Source: Azolla caroliniana (Eukaryota; Plantae; Polypodiophyta). Taken from it: a stretch of DNA of 64,000 bases. The first letter of the stretch is position 1; every line of letters starts with the position of its first letter. Of this stretch, positions 38,560 through 51,103 are shown one piece after another. The position numbers were made by a program, and so were the translations under genes. The DNA lies in the NCBI GenBank assembly GCA_043228905.1, contig JBHGNT010000001.1:11346001-11410000 (forward strand). The letters are read 5' to 3'. The notes below the pieces were generated by a model. It had not been told where the DNA came from. It saw only the letters and a program-made list of their open reading frames with translations, and did no database searches.

Positions 38560-38620
38560 CCGAAATCTCACACTCACTTCTTGGCATGTACCGGAGGACG
38601 TGCGGTTTGGTGGGGGTGGA

Positions 38621-39421
38621 TGTCATGAAGATTCTCAGAAACAGTGTGAAAATCGCGTGGAACGAGGGAAATCGAGAAGGTGCAATGTGCACACGTATGA
38701 AAGGAGTGATGGTTAGACGCGTATGTTAATACATTAATATGCACGTGTGATGTGTGTTTAGGTGTTCATTACACAAATATATAAAATAAGCCTAACATAT
38801 ACAATGAGGTGCAAGTAAAGGTTTGAACCTTACACCTCTAAGATAAGATACAATTAATATACCATTAGATTAGGTTATTTCCTTTAAGTTTATTTTCTTC
38901 ATTGTACTTTTCACACGAACTGCTGGTACATGTGAGCTTGGATGAGGTACATGGTCATCATGCATCGCATGTGATGCATGGGCGCCAAATGGCAATCATG
39001 CATTTCATGCATTGTATGCATGTACTACACCCTCACATGCACATATGCATGCGGGCATCTATATGAGAAGGAGAGGAAGGGAAAGGAAATCAAGTAAGGT
39101 ATGCAATCAATAATAATTAATAAATCTTAGTTATCTCATTGGCAATGTGTCTTGTATCTCAAATTTGAAGTCAAAGGTTCAAACCGGGAATTCGTCCCGT
39201 CCGTATCAATCTATCAATTTATCTTTAATACTGCTCGCATGCGCTAGTCCCTCTGTCGTTCCATTCTCTTGAACGATCCTTTCGATCCTCCATCACCACT
39301 TGCGGATAGAGGCCGGTGCTTGTCTATGACGGTACAAGCACAAGTCACCCGATTCAGCCTCCTTGGTCAAAGACCCCGGTGGTCCCGTTCAACCGACCCG
39401 CAGGCGCGGATTTCCACGACA
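38621..39421 (+). repeat. 3' LTR of G
   Basis: TGTCATGAAG...CACGACA. Confidence 0.88.
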
Positions 39422-39425
39422 CTGC

Positions 39426-42400
39426 TCCATCACTTTTCCACAAACACCAACACAGGCCCTTTCCACAAACATTGTTACTTGTGTGGGGGCTGCTTTCAGC
39501 TTGGGTGCACATTCTTCTGATTTCAACTCAGTCTCCAACGTTGCCGATTCCGTTGTGGCCAATTCTGGCGTGTTCACTTCCGTGCCCATTATGTCATAGG
39601 ACGTCCCTACTCCTGTCACCAATTTGCCCGCAAGATATAGCGATTTTTTGGACGTGTTCGAAAAGAGAAATGTAGACCGGTTGCCAGCACATCGCCCCTA
39701 TGATTGCCCAATCAAACTCCAAGATGGTGCACAGCCACCATTTGGGCCCATCTTTGGGCTATCTGAACCCGAACTTGAGGCCCTTCGCACATATCTGGAT
39801 GAAAACCTCGCCAAGGGCTTCATTCAACCCTCCAAATCACCAGTTGGAGCCCCAATCTTATTTGTCAAGAAGAAGGACGGCTAATTATGCCTATGTGTGG
39901 ATTATCCGGGTCTCAACAAAATTACGATATGTAATCGTTACCCCTTGCCTTTAATTGCAACAGTTCTTGACCGACTTCGAACCGGGTGTATCTTCTCCAA
40001 AATTGACCTTCGGGGAGCCTACAATCTGGTGCGTATCAAGCCAGGAGACGAGTGGAAAACGGCCTTCCGAACACGCTATGGACATTTCGAGTACAAGGTG
40101 ATGCCTTTTGGTCTCACCAACGCCCTTGCAGTCTTTCAACACATGATGAACAATATATTTCGGGAGTATCTCGATCACTTCGTGGTGATCTACCTTGACA
40201 ACATTTTAGTTTTTTCTTCCAACATAGAGGAGCACACCCGACACGTCTGATTGGTCCTATCCAAACTTAAGGAACATGGACTTTACGCCAAAAGTGAGAA
40301 ATGTGAATTCGATCGAACCTCTGTCGAATTCCTCGGCTACGTTATTTCACCCTCTGGGATCACAATGGATGCACGCAAGGTAGCGGCAATCACCGATTGG
40401 CCTGTCCCTACTCGGTTGAAAGAGGTACAATCATTTCTTGGTTTGGCAAATTTCTATTGACGATTCATCAATGTTTTTTCGTCTTTAATACAACCTCTAA
40501 TCATCCTTACAAGAAAAGATACTCCATTTCTTTGGACCTCTGCGGCGCAACGTGCTTTTGATGCCCTCAAGGAAGCTTTTCTCACATCCCCAGTGTTGGT
40601 TCACCCCGACCCCACAAGGCCCTTCCAAGTCGAAACTGATGCCTCCAACTTTGCCATTGGAGTTGTCCTATCCCAATCAGACAACGAGGGCACACTATGT
40701 CCTATTGCCTTCTACTCTCAGAAGTTTACTACCCCGGAAATCAATTATCCAGTCTATGACAAGGAGTTGGCAGCAATCATATCTACCTTCACCAAATGGC
40801 GACACTATTTGGTTGGGGCCCAACATCGCATCCAGGTGCTGACCGACCACAAAAATCTAATTTACTTCACCACCAGTTGTACATTGAATCGGAGGCAAGC
40901 CCGATGGTCAGCTTTTCTCACTGACTACGACTTTGAGATCTTGTTTCGACCCAGAGTTCAACATGGGAAAGCTAATGCCCTCTCTCGGCGACGTGATTTT
41001 GCATTGCGCCCAGGAGATCATGTATATTCACAACAATCCCATTGTTTGTTGTGGCCCGATCAACTTCAGATGTTCGCCACCTGCATGTTGAATGATGATT
41101 CTTTGCTCAATGAGATCGCCACGGCAACCGTGTCAGGCCCATTTGCCAAAGAAATCTTCGGCCGCATTAATGACCCATCTCCAGACATGAAAAGCTCATA
41201 TCTCAACCAATTTACAACCCGGGATGGGTTACTATATCGTAATCATCTCTTGTACGCTCCCAAAGAATCATGTCGTACACAGGTTCTACAAAATTGTCAT
41301 GATGATCCTCTTGTTGGCCACTTTGGGGTTACGAAAACCCTGGAATTGCTATCTCGATGGTTTTGGTGGCCCCAACCTTGGAAATTTGTCAAGGAATTTA
41401 TCAAGACATGTGATGTATGTGCTCGGTCTAAAACGCCTCACCATCAGCCATATGGTCTTCTCCACCCGCTCCCCATTCCACGTCGACCATGGGTCTCTCT
41501 ATCCATGGATTTTATCGCCGACCTCCCTCTGGTTGGTGGACATGACACGGTGCTAGTCATTGTCAATCAGTTTTCAAAGATGGCTCATTGTGTTCCATGT
41601 TCCAAAACCATTTCCGGGAAAGAGACTGTTGATCTTTTTCTTAAAAATATTGTTCGATTACACGGCTTACCCGAGGATATCACCTCTGATCGAGGTTCTC
41701 AGTTCATTTCCCACTTTTGGCGACAACTTCTACAAACATTCGGGACTTCTGTCAACTTTTCCTCAACATACCATCCTCAAACTGATGGACAAATGGAGCG
41801 AGTCAACCAAATCCTCGAACAATACCTTCGGTGTACCGTGAGCTACCAACAGGAGGATTGGGTGGACTTTCTTGCAATTGCAGATTTTGCTTACAATAAT
41901 AGTATCCATGCTTCGACTAAGGTTTCCCCCTTCTTTGCAAACTATGGATTTCACCCTCATTTCAGCATTTCCATACTTGCAACTTGGTCAATCCTTCGGT
42001 AGAGGCGCGTGCCCGCGGTTTACACGATGTTCATCGTGACCTCTCCTTGGAGTTCCGTGTTGCTAGTGACCACTATAAAGATCAAGCGGACCGACATCGC
42101 TTAGTTGCACCGACGTTTGCAATCGGGGACATGGTTTGGTTGTTACGTCATCACATCACCACCACACGTCCTTGTGCAAAATTGGACTACAAAAGACTAG
42201 GCCCCTTTCGTATCATCGAGCAAATCAACCCAGTCACCTTCCAGTTAGCACTTCCTCCAACATTCAAGATTCACGATGTTTTACACGTTTCCCTCCTCAA
42301 ACTCTACCATCCTTCTCGAATTCCAGGGCAACACCCTCCTCCACCGCCACCTGTGGAATTGTCGACGGGCGAAGAATATGAGGTTGACCAAATCCTCTAT

Positions 42401-42526
42401 TCTCGATATCGTCGTCGACAGCTCCAATATTTGGTCTTATGGAAAGGGTACCCCATTTCGGACGCCACATGGGAACCAGTTACACATTTACAAAATGCTT
42501 TGGAGGCCATTTGCGATTTTCATTAA
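39426..42526 (+). pseudogene. pol: H pol: RT, RNase H, integrase, chromodomain
   Basis: [46 protein letters not shown]...QYLVLWKGYPISDATWEP. Confidence 0.92.
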
Positions 42527-42582
42527 TGATACCCACATAAGCCAACCGTGAGTCTCGAGAGACGGCCTTAAAGGGAGGATAA

Positions 42583-43012
42583 TGTCATAGACACGATGGA
42601 TTGTAGGGGGTTGAACCTGTGATCTCTTGGTCTTACTAGGCAACCTTACCAATTGAGCTACATTCCATCTATGCATTATTGTATTGTATAAGTTCCAACT
42701 TCTTGCATTGTAACTTAATCACTAGAACTTTCAAGAAACTTCTAGAGAATGCATAGACATGCACACTCTAGATGTTTCCTCGCTTACATGCATACCACCA
42801 CATTCTTGTATAAATACTTCGGTGCACCTTGATTACAATCAAGGTGAACAACACTAGTTACGGAAGCATAATTTAGTTCTCTCTCTTTTGTCTACCCTCT
42901 CTCTCTCTCTTGTTCTCTTGTCTGTGATCCTCTCTATCTATATATCTATCTTTCTCTCTTTCTTAATATTGAGCTCGCCTACTTGTCCTTGCCCTCGTCT
43001 ACGTCCATGACA
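42583..43012 (+). repeat. 3' LTR of H
   Basis: TGTCATAGAC...CCATGACA, after PPT AAAGGGAGGATAA. Confidence 0.92.
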
Positions 43013-43017
43013 GCTTG

Positions 43018-44600
43018 TCAATACCGGATTTCTCTTGTTCTCCAATCTATGTCTGGGTTATGTAATTCGAACCATGGTAATCCTAAAATAATGGGATGTT
43101 CTAGGATACTAATTATATTAAATGATACTACACACACTAGATTATCTAGGACAATATTAACGGGCTCTGACTCTTCTATGATATTTCCGGATGCAATGGG
43201 ACGACCATCAATTACTACTATAGAGGTTGGATACGGGAGTTTTCTAAGAGATATCTGATGAGCTTGGGCAAAATTCCTATCCATGAAGCAAGAATTAGCT
43301 CTAGAATCTAGAAGTGTGAAGACATGTACTAGAGGGGTACTTTTAGTACTAACTGTTACTTTGGCTACGAACACATTGCCAACTTGCTTAGAGGGAATGG
43401 AACCACTAATGGGCTGCACAGATCTAGGGTTGTCCAACCAAACAGCTCCTATTTTGGCTGGACTTAGTCGTTTAACTGTTCTTCTAACTGACTAAGGACA
43501 TCAAATTTGTTCGTTAGATTTGGGCTATTAGTACTATTAGGACTATCAAATATTCCAATTGAAATAAACTCAGGTTTAGTACAATTAGAACTAGCAATTA
43601 CTTGCTTTACCTGTCTTCTTGGCCTATAGGGACAATTTACTGCAATATGCCCTGGTCCACCGCAATAAAGACATACTCGATTTGCTCAACATCGATGCTT
43701 TTCTTCTTTCGATAATGGTCCGCGACGACGTGTAGTGTCAATCTCCATTGGAGTCGGAGTATTCAATGGAGACACATTATATGACTCCCTCGGAAAAGGT
43801 TTCGCTACCATTGAGGCGTAGGTGGGTTCTGATCTTGCCCTCGGCATCTAGAGTTGTCGTTTTGAACGTCGTTCGAAAAGGCGGTTGCCGCATCTCACTG
43901 CGTGATTGATTGCTTCTGTTAATGACTTTGGTTCTTCTAGGAAGGTCAAGAGTAAGTACTTGACATCGTTGCATAAACCATAATGAAATTGCTCCATCAA
44001 TGCTTAATCATCCCAAGGGATATCGGCAGCGAGTAGGTAGAAATCTGCAGCGTATGCAGAGGTTGGACAATCACCTTGGCGTAATCGTCGGATTTTGTTG
44101 ATTGTTGTCCTTATGCTGTCAGTATCTCCAAAACAAGCTTTAAACTCACTAATAAATTCTTCAAAATTGTTTAGTAATGGAGATTCCTTTTCTAACAACG
44201 AAGTGAAACATCCCAATGCTGAGCCACAAAGTTGAGTGCCTACTAGTCCCACTCGTGATGCATCGGTGGGATATCGAGAAGGATACATTTGAATCACTCA
44301 ACGCACCTGATTCAGAAAACCTTTGAACTGTGATCGGGTCCCATCAAATTTTGCAGGAAGACCGATCTTGGGTTCTTTCTGAATCCCTTGAGTGCTTGAT
44401 CCTTGTTGTTGTAGTGATACAATAGATGCTTCAAGTTGTTGTACACATCAGCTCCCCGTGATGTTGTTGTTTTTCCAGCGCTATTTGTTGAAGATCCCCC
44501 AACAAACGGTGATTTTCTTGTTCTAGTGCTACAAATTTCTCTTTTAAGCACTGGAGCTCCGAGAAAACATATTCGTATTCCCAAGTGCTAACAACTTCCA
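43018..44600 (-). pseudogene. gag: B gag and protease
   Basis: YPSRYPTDASRVG..., LLDSRANSCF, IILGLPWFELHNPDIDW. Confidence 0.88.
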
Positions 44601-44754
44601 TTTTACTAGGGAGGATAAGAGGATTAGTATGAAGGGAAAAAAAGGGTAAGAAGATGAGGGAAACCAGAAAAAAGACCGGAAAAAAGGGGATATGTAAGAA
44701 GATAAAAGGAAGAGGAGGAAAGGAGGAGACGTAAGGAGGGAAATCAGTTCAAAC

Positions 44755-45193
44755 TGTCAGGAATCGTACTGAGACAGAGAAGAAATTAGTACTAAGAGAG
44801 GAATATTAGTACTAAGAGGAATAGAGGATGTAGAACACTCAAGAGTAGAAGAGAGAGAGAGGGTGAGTGAGTGAGTGAGAGATCGAGGGAGAGAAAATGA
44901 TGATGAGAGCAATATATTATGTGAGAAGAATATACAAGGAAGGCTAGGAGGCTTAAATCTTGCGTTGAACCGATTTGGTTCGAAATAATGCCTTGTGCCT
45001 TCTTTTATAGTGTTCTCAGGAGTAATCCTGAAGCTTCTAGAATGTTCCAAAGAAATCTGGAATATACATTAATTTTCTATAGTAAAACGTAAATAAAAAT
45101 AATATTCTATGTATTACAATAGATAGTGTAATGGTCAAGAGCTCGACCCATGTAACATAAGGTCACGGGTTCGAGTCTTGCCATATCATGACA
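44755..45193 (-). repeat. 5' LTR of B
   Basis: TGTCAGGAATC...CATGACA, followed by TSD GATGT. Confidence 0.92.
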
Positions 45194-45198
45194 GATGT

Positions 45199-46874
45199 TA
45201 GCAAAGGAAAGGAGCCAGAATCTGCGATTAATGAACTGATAAAGGGAATGCGGATCTACAACAAGTTCACAAAACTTGAGAAGGGTGAAAGCTCGGGTGT
45301 TCAACAAAAGCCCAATGAAAGAGGAAAGGGTGAATTCGTCCACCCATGCATATGGTGCAATAGCACGGAGCACCAAAAAAGGGATTGTTAGAGCCATACG
45401 GAAGCATTAGAAAGAAATGTTATCTTCTATCAAAATGGGGAATCCACTCCTCGGAAGCCCTAAAAACCAACTTCGGCAAAGGTGGGATGGAGGACGAAGA
45501 GTCGAAGAATGTTCAAGCAATGTACTTTTCGACTACCTCCGGATTGAAGGTCGATGATCCCCAGATTGGATTAGGATTCTGGGGAAAAGTGACAAAAAAG
45601 TCCAGCCACAAGACTTACGAAAGTCTGGTGACGAGATTAGTACCTGGTGGAATGACCTAGTAGATTCACTCACTACGATCGCCAAGATAGTAGGGGTGAA
45701 TGCCCACGAGGTGATAGTCGAAGAAAAACGAAGGAGAACTGAAGAAGCGGGACCTTATAGAAAACCCGAGACCTGAGAACAAAAGAGACGAGAAACTGAA
45801 CGAGTTGCTGCAAAGGCGATGAAAGAAGACAATGGTAAGCAAAGATAGCCCCGTCATTCAAACTCGCCTCCGACATCGAAACATCCACCGACCTAAAGCA
45901 TGTGCTAGAATCAAGGATTCTCGATAGTAAAGTTGAGTTAACACTCCGAGAAGTACTAGGGATTGTGATCATTGATGTGATTTGGAGAAAAAGACAAATG
46001 GTTGAAGAAACGGGTGGAGTAAATACCGTCATGATACATGAGGAAGATGAAGATATGGAGACTGCATTGTTAGCCGGGGTACAGAGTGCTGACACACAAT
46101 GTAGTCATGAAGAGGAACGAAGCCATTACACTCGCACACACTAGGCTCGGGCAACAACCGAGGCTCCAGTCAGAATTGGAGATCAGATGGAACCATGTGT
46201 GGAACTCATCGACCATGGCTCCAACATAAATATCATATCGTCTAATTTTTACAATCGCGGGAGATGGCCAATAGAAAGGAACCACGGTTGGAAGGTGAGA
46301 GCAGCAACTGAGGTCGTGGAGGATTTATGTGGCGCGTGCCTAAATATTAAAGTTACAATTGGGGACGTGTCAGTAGATCAAAACTTCTTTGTCCAGGAGA
46401 AGTCATTTTATTTAGTAATCCTAGGGCAACCGTACATCACAGCAGTACGAATGGAGACTAAAGTGATTGATAACAGAGCGGCATTTGCTAGGATTCGAAG
46501 CCAGGGTGGGAAGAGGTCAATACAGTTCCTTACTATTTGACCAAATCATGAAAGGAATAAGGAGAATCTACGGGATCATCCACTACGAGATGTGGGGGAT
46601 TTCGCACAAGATTTCTAGAGTGGGCCCTTACAAAAAGGGGTTGTGATGGCCCGAGGGAGGTAAGAAGCCCCATTTATAGCATTGAAGATAAAGGTAAATT
46701 ATATGTTGCGTCGGTAGATGGCGCAACTATAATAGAAGATTTCAAAGGAATGAAATTACGAAAAATAGAAAAAGAATTACAAGGTAGAGGTATGATAGAT
46801 TTAGAAGAAAAATTAGTGAATATATTTGAAGAATATTGTTTTAAAGATACAATAGGAGAGTTGAGTTGGAGTCT
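45199..46874 (+). pseudogene. A gag C-part, protease and pol start
   Basis: CIWCNSTEHQKRDC, TNFGKGGM, LESRILDSKVELTLREVLG, LIDHGSNINII, VILGQPY. Confidence 0.85.
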
Positions 46875-47311
46875 TGTTGAGAGACAAGCTCAACATTGGC
46901 CGGATTGGCTGAGCATGCCGAGGACTGGATCGGTTGGGACCAATCGGTTAGGCTGGACCGGTGTGTAAAACGGATACGCAAACCAGTGCGTAACGAGAGG
47001 CCGTATCGGTGCGTAAACCAAAAGGCCATTAGAGAAATATTCTCGTAAGGAATAGTTTTAGGAGTAAGTGTCGAGGCTCATTTATGAGCAGTCAGGTACT
47101 GTCAGTACTTGTGTCAGCCCGATTGTCAGGGCTTGTATAAAAGGTGCTCATTGAGCACGATGTATGTACAGAGAGTTAGTATTTTTTAATTGAGTTTTTG
47201 TGTGTTCTCTCTCTGTCTCTCCCGTGTACTGTGTATACTCAAGCTCTCCGTTAAACCTGCGTATTTTCTGTGTGTTCGGTTTTCTATTGCTTCCGCACAT
47301 AATCTTTTACA
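46875..47311 (+). repeat. 5' LTR of K
   Basis: TGTTGAGAGAC...CTTTTACA. Confidence 0.93.
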
Positions 47312-48696
47312 TGGTATCAGAGCGTGAGGGTTGAGAACCTCTGCAGCCGACATAGCTTGAAAGAAAAACCAACCAAGAAGAACAGGCAAAACCGATGGAT
47401 AGAGGCATGGCTAACTCGCTTCCGACGAAGAAGCTCGACAGAAACAACTACGCGTCTTGGTCTTATAAGTTGCACCAGTACCTGCTCGGACACGGTTACT
47501 AGAGCTATGTCGATGGAGCAAATGACACAGCACCCAATTCGACACACAAAGACTTCCCGGCATGGGAACAATCGACGAGAAGAGTGTTGCACTATTTCGC
47601 ATCTTGTGTGGGCGAACAACTGTTAAGCTACGTTTGGGATGCAAAAACGCCGAAGGGTGCATGGGAAAATCTGAAGAAGAACTTCGCCGCGAGCACCACA
47701 GCCAGGAAGCTTCAGCTCCGACAAGAGTTGAGCAACCTACGACAACGCGATTTGTCGATGGCTGACTATACCTCGAAGATCAAGGACATATGCGACTCCT
47801 TACCTTCCGGAAAGAGAGATGGTCCAGGTCTGTCTCAAGGGTTTGGCGTCAAAGTTCGGAGCGTTTTGAACTGTTGTGTGTACCATGGTTGTTAGGTACG
47901 TTAGGTACGGTACTGATACCATACGTATTTAACGTATTAATACGGGTATAGTACCTCCCAATTTTAAAATACGTTAAATACGTTTTTTAGTATGTTAAAT
48001 ACCTATAAAATACATAAAATACGTATAGTACGTTAAATACTTCTAGAATTTGAAATTTATTTACTTTCTTAAAAAATATTTGTAATATTGTAATATTGTA
48101 ACCGTGTATATGCAATGTAACGAAGCATTCCATGGCTGTAGTTGCATCTTAAAAGTACTAAAGGACAAATCGAGCAAATATGAGAATCAAAAGGATACAA
48201 ATCAACAAATCAAATAGATATTTGTCAGGTAAAAAAAAACCCAAACTTGTTGGGCATTTACAACAACAGCCAAGGCCACGAAGCAAAAACTGTATATCCC
48301 TCACATGATTGAGGGAATTCACATGATGAGTCATGACAAGCTAAAATTCTACAAAAAAAATCGTACTTTTGACAAAAACAACACTTTGACAAGAAGTGCA
48401 ACATACCTATTGAAGAAAAGACCACATCTTTTGATTTGGAAAAAACCTTCAGAACACATAACATCAAATATTTGAGATACACTTACATTGCATTTTGTCA
48501 AAGAAATAGAATGCATTGTAGGAACAAAATTTAGAAAAAAACCTTAACAACACAACATCAGATATTTGACTTCTAAGAACACATAACTTGAACTATGTCC
48601 AAGACTCCAATGTATCAAAATGGGCTTAGATCAAACAAAAGTAACATATGGCTATTGAGCTTAGTAATAATGTATAGAAATCAGAAATATTAGTCA

Positions 48697-49770
48697 TTAG
48701 ATCTCGTCCTCATCATAATCACCATCTTCATCATCAGATTCAGTGTTAGTTGATGACATCAACATAGGTTCTTCGTCAGTAAGATCATCATAATTTGTAT
48801 GAATTGCTTCTTCTATTCCATTGACATTATCTTGATCATTTGGTGGTAAAGAAGCAAATGTACTTGATCTTGTTATTCTCCTATTACAAGAAGACCGCTC
48901 ATCATCTCTTCTTGGCCTCTGCCTCCGTATTCGATCAATAGGGACTCCATCGCTTGATGTTGTCGTATGTGATCTTGTCATGCTCCTTGTCCTTCTTCTC
49001 ATGCTCATTGTTTCTTGAAAATAAGTTTCATAGAATTCTCTATCCATATCATTCTCGTGGCTAATAGATGGAATATCAGGAGTCTTAGAGACATCTATCT
49101 CATTTGGATTTACCTGCAAACAAGTTTATAAAAGCTTAATGAAATTTGAGGAATGTAAATTATAAGAAGTGAATAAAACAATACCTGCATTGGAGATGCA
49201 TTCACAGTCTCAAACTTGCGAACTAGCCTTAAGTTCTCTCGCACATATACCAATCGTTCAAGTTGTGCTACCTTTAGTCTGTTTCTATTTTTTGTATGTG
49301 CGAGAGTATGTGCATTCCAATTCCTTTCTGCTGCCCCAGAAGAGCAATCCTAATAGAAAACAAAATATGAAATAAAAGGTAGTACACAAAAGTGCAGTAT
49401 TTTAGAACTTAACTATAAAATTGATCATTTTTTCAAAACTTGACACTTACTTGGGATAATATGCAGACAGCTAATGCTTGGAGCTTTGGAGTTCTTCCAC
49501 CAAAATTTTCCCACCATGTGACTGGCGTCATCATAGATATCTCTTCATGTGCTAATGCATAGCTAAATGTCCCTGTACCATTTCGATATTCATGCAATTC
49601 ACGAAATAAGATATCACATTCAAGTGTCTAGTACAATTTTTCTGTATAGCTCATCCATGCATCCATTAACTCGGGGTTAATAAATGTAGCCTCCTCTCTC
49701 CACATCGGATGCAGCAAATGAGCTACAAGGTGGATCGGCCTCTTGAACCATTTCCATCGTATGTCAAATA
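48697..49770 (-). pseudogene. hAT transposase C-terminal exons (dimerisation domain and acidic tail)
   Basis: RWKWFKRPIHLVAHLLHP; TPVTWWENFGGRTPKLQALAVCILSQ, intron, DCSSGAAERNWNA...KNRNRL...LVYVRENLR. Confidence 0.85.
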
Positions 49771-49900
49771 ACTTCAAAACATCTTCGTACCTAAAAGGGT
49801 ATTAGTAATTACAAAATGATCTGATCTTAAAACATGAGAAAACATTTGGAGGTTTAATGCTAGGAAACCATAAAAAATTAAAATAAATATGAAATTTACT

Positions 49901-50197
49901 TGGATGTCCAACCGAGATGTGGTATTATGGACAACATTGATTGCATGATATGCTGAGCATGGACCCGTTGAGGATGCACTGAAAAGCTTTGAAAAGATAC
50001 AAGATGAGGGGATACTTATTACTACCAAACACTTTCACCTTTTCTTGTGTCTTAAAGGAATGCTCTCATTGGAGGGTTTGTTGAGTATAGAACTACTGAG
50101 AAAGCATTAGATTTTTTCAATAAAATGCAAGTTGATGGAATCTCTCCGGATGCATATACATTGCCCATGTCCTAAAAGTGTGCGGTTTATTAGGGCC
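49901..50197 (+). pseudogene. PLS-class PPR gene fragment inside the hAT element
   Basis: MSNRDVVLWTTLIA*YAEHGPVEDALKSFEKIQDEGI and KALDFFNKMQVDGISPDAYT. Confidence 0.78.
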
Positions 50198-50890
50198 TAC
50201 AGATAAAGGACAATCCATGTATATGGAGACTGTATTGAAAGGGTTCTAGCAAGTGCACATTTATTCATACCCATCACATTCAAAAGCAGACAACCAAAAC
50301 CATGATATTCCAAAAAATGAGTAGTTGTTAACAAAAATAAATATGCATTGCAAATGATAAAAAATGGGACATCATTAAAAAAGGACCAAGCACTTTTCCC
50401 ATGACACGAAATTGAGATCTTCAATGTTTCTGGAAACCAATGTCATTTATAGTAACATGGAAAGTAAATTAGAATGATCAATTTCTGAAATGAATTCAAA
50501 TGGGATACAACCACTAAAATCAATAAGCAAAGGATTAGCTAATGCTACAAATTGTGAAAGATTTTGAACACATTGTCTACATGTATACATACATGTTTGA
50601 GTTTCAACACATGGTTCCTATAATATTTGATCTCAACACTTGCAAAGAGGAGAGTTTTATTGCATGACGTCAATTACAATTGTCTACCAATTTGTTACTT
50701 GTATAGATGCATTATTGTGGAATAGATAGATTGCTGGACACAATCATACGTAAACTAGATCAACTAAAAATTAAATCTCCCTTGTCATTTGGTATTATCA
50801 TACAACTTGACATTGGAATACAACAAAATGGGAGGTATACTTAATCATAAAAAATAAAAGAAAGAAACATATTCACTAACCTGATTTTAT

Positions 50891-51103
50891 TTTCTTCTTC
50901 TTCTTCTTCTTCTTCTTCTTCTTCTTCTTCTTCTTCTTCTTCTTCTTCTTGTTGTTCTTCTTCTTCTTGTGCTTCTTCTTCTTCTTCTTCTTCTTCTTCT
51001 TCTTCTTCTTCTTCTTCTTCTTTTGCTTTTTCTGCTTCTTCTTCTTCTGCTGTTGCTTTTCTTCTTCTTCTTCTTCTTCTTCTTCTTCTTCTTCTTCTTC
51101 TTC
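50891..51103. repeat. (TTC)n microsatellite, interrupted
   Basis: ~210 bp of TTC with TTG/TGC interruptions. Confidence 0.97.

Larger units (their letters stand above)
30480..39421 (+). mobile_element. Element G: Gypsy non-chromovirus related to A, inserted in H protease
   Basis: 5' LTR 30799-31773 (start duplicated at 30480); degenerate Trp-type PBS TGGTGACCCCCGTGA at 31780; PPT-like tract 38609-38620; 3' LTR 38621-39421; degenerate 4-bp TSD CCGT/CTGC. Confidence 0.9.
30157..43012 (+). mobile_element. Element H: second chromovirus family; most of the 5' LTR, the PBS and gag are deleted; interrupted by G
   Basis: TSD GCTTG (30152-30156/43013-43017); LTR remnant 30157-30333; 3' LTR 42583-43012; PPT 42570-42582; RT, RNase H, integrase and chromodomain at 39624-42526. 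Confidence 0.92.
1053..45193 (-). mobile_element. Element B: chromovirus (Tcn1/Tf1-sushi-like Gypsy) carrying nested insertions C and H
   Basis: TG...CA LTRs at 1053-1508 and 44755-45193; TSD GATGT; PPT 1509-1524. Minus-strand gag (43460-44580), protease (43018-43437), RT/RNase H (28984-30151) and RNase H/integrase/chromodomain (1530-3353). Confidence 0.93.

Noticed and set aside
49901-50197. Functional host PPR gene
   Set aside because: Only two partial motifs with a stop and frameshifts, enclosed within hAT termini.
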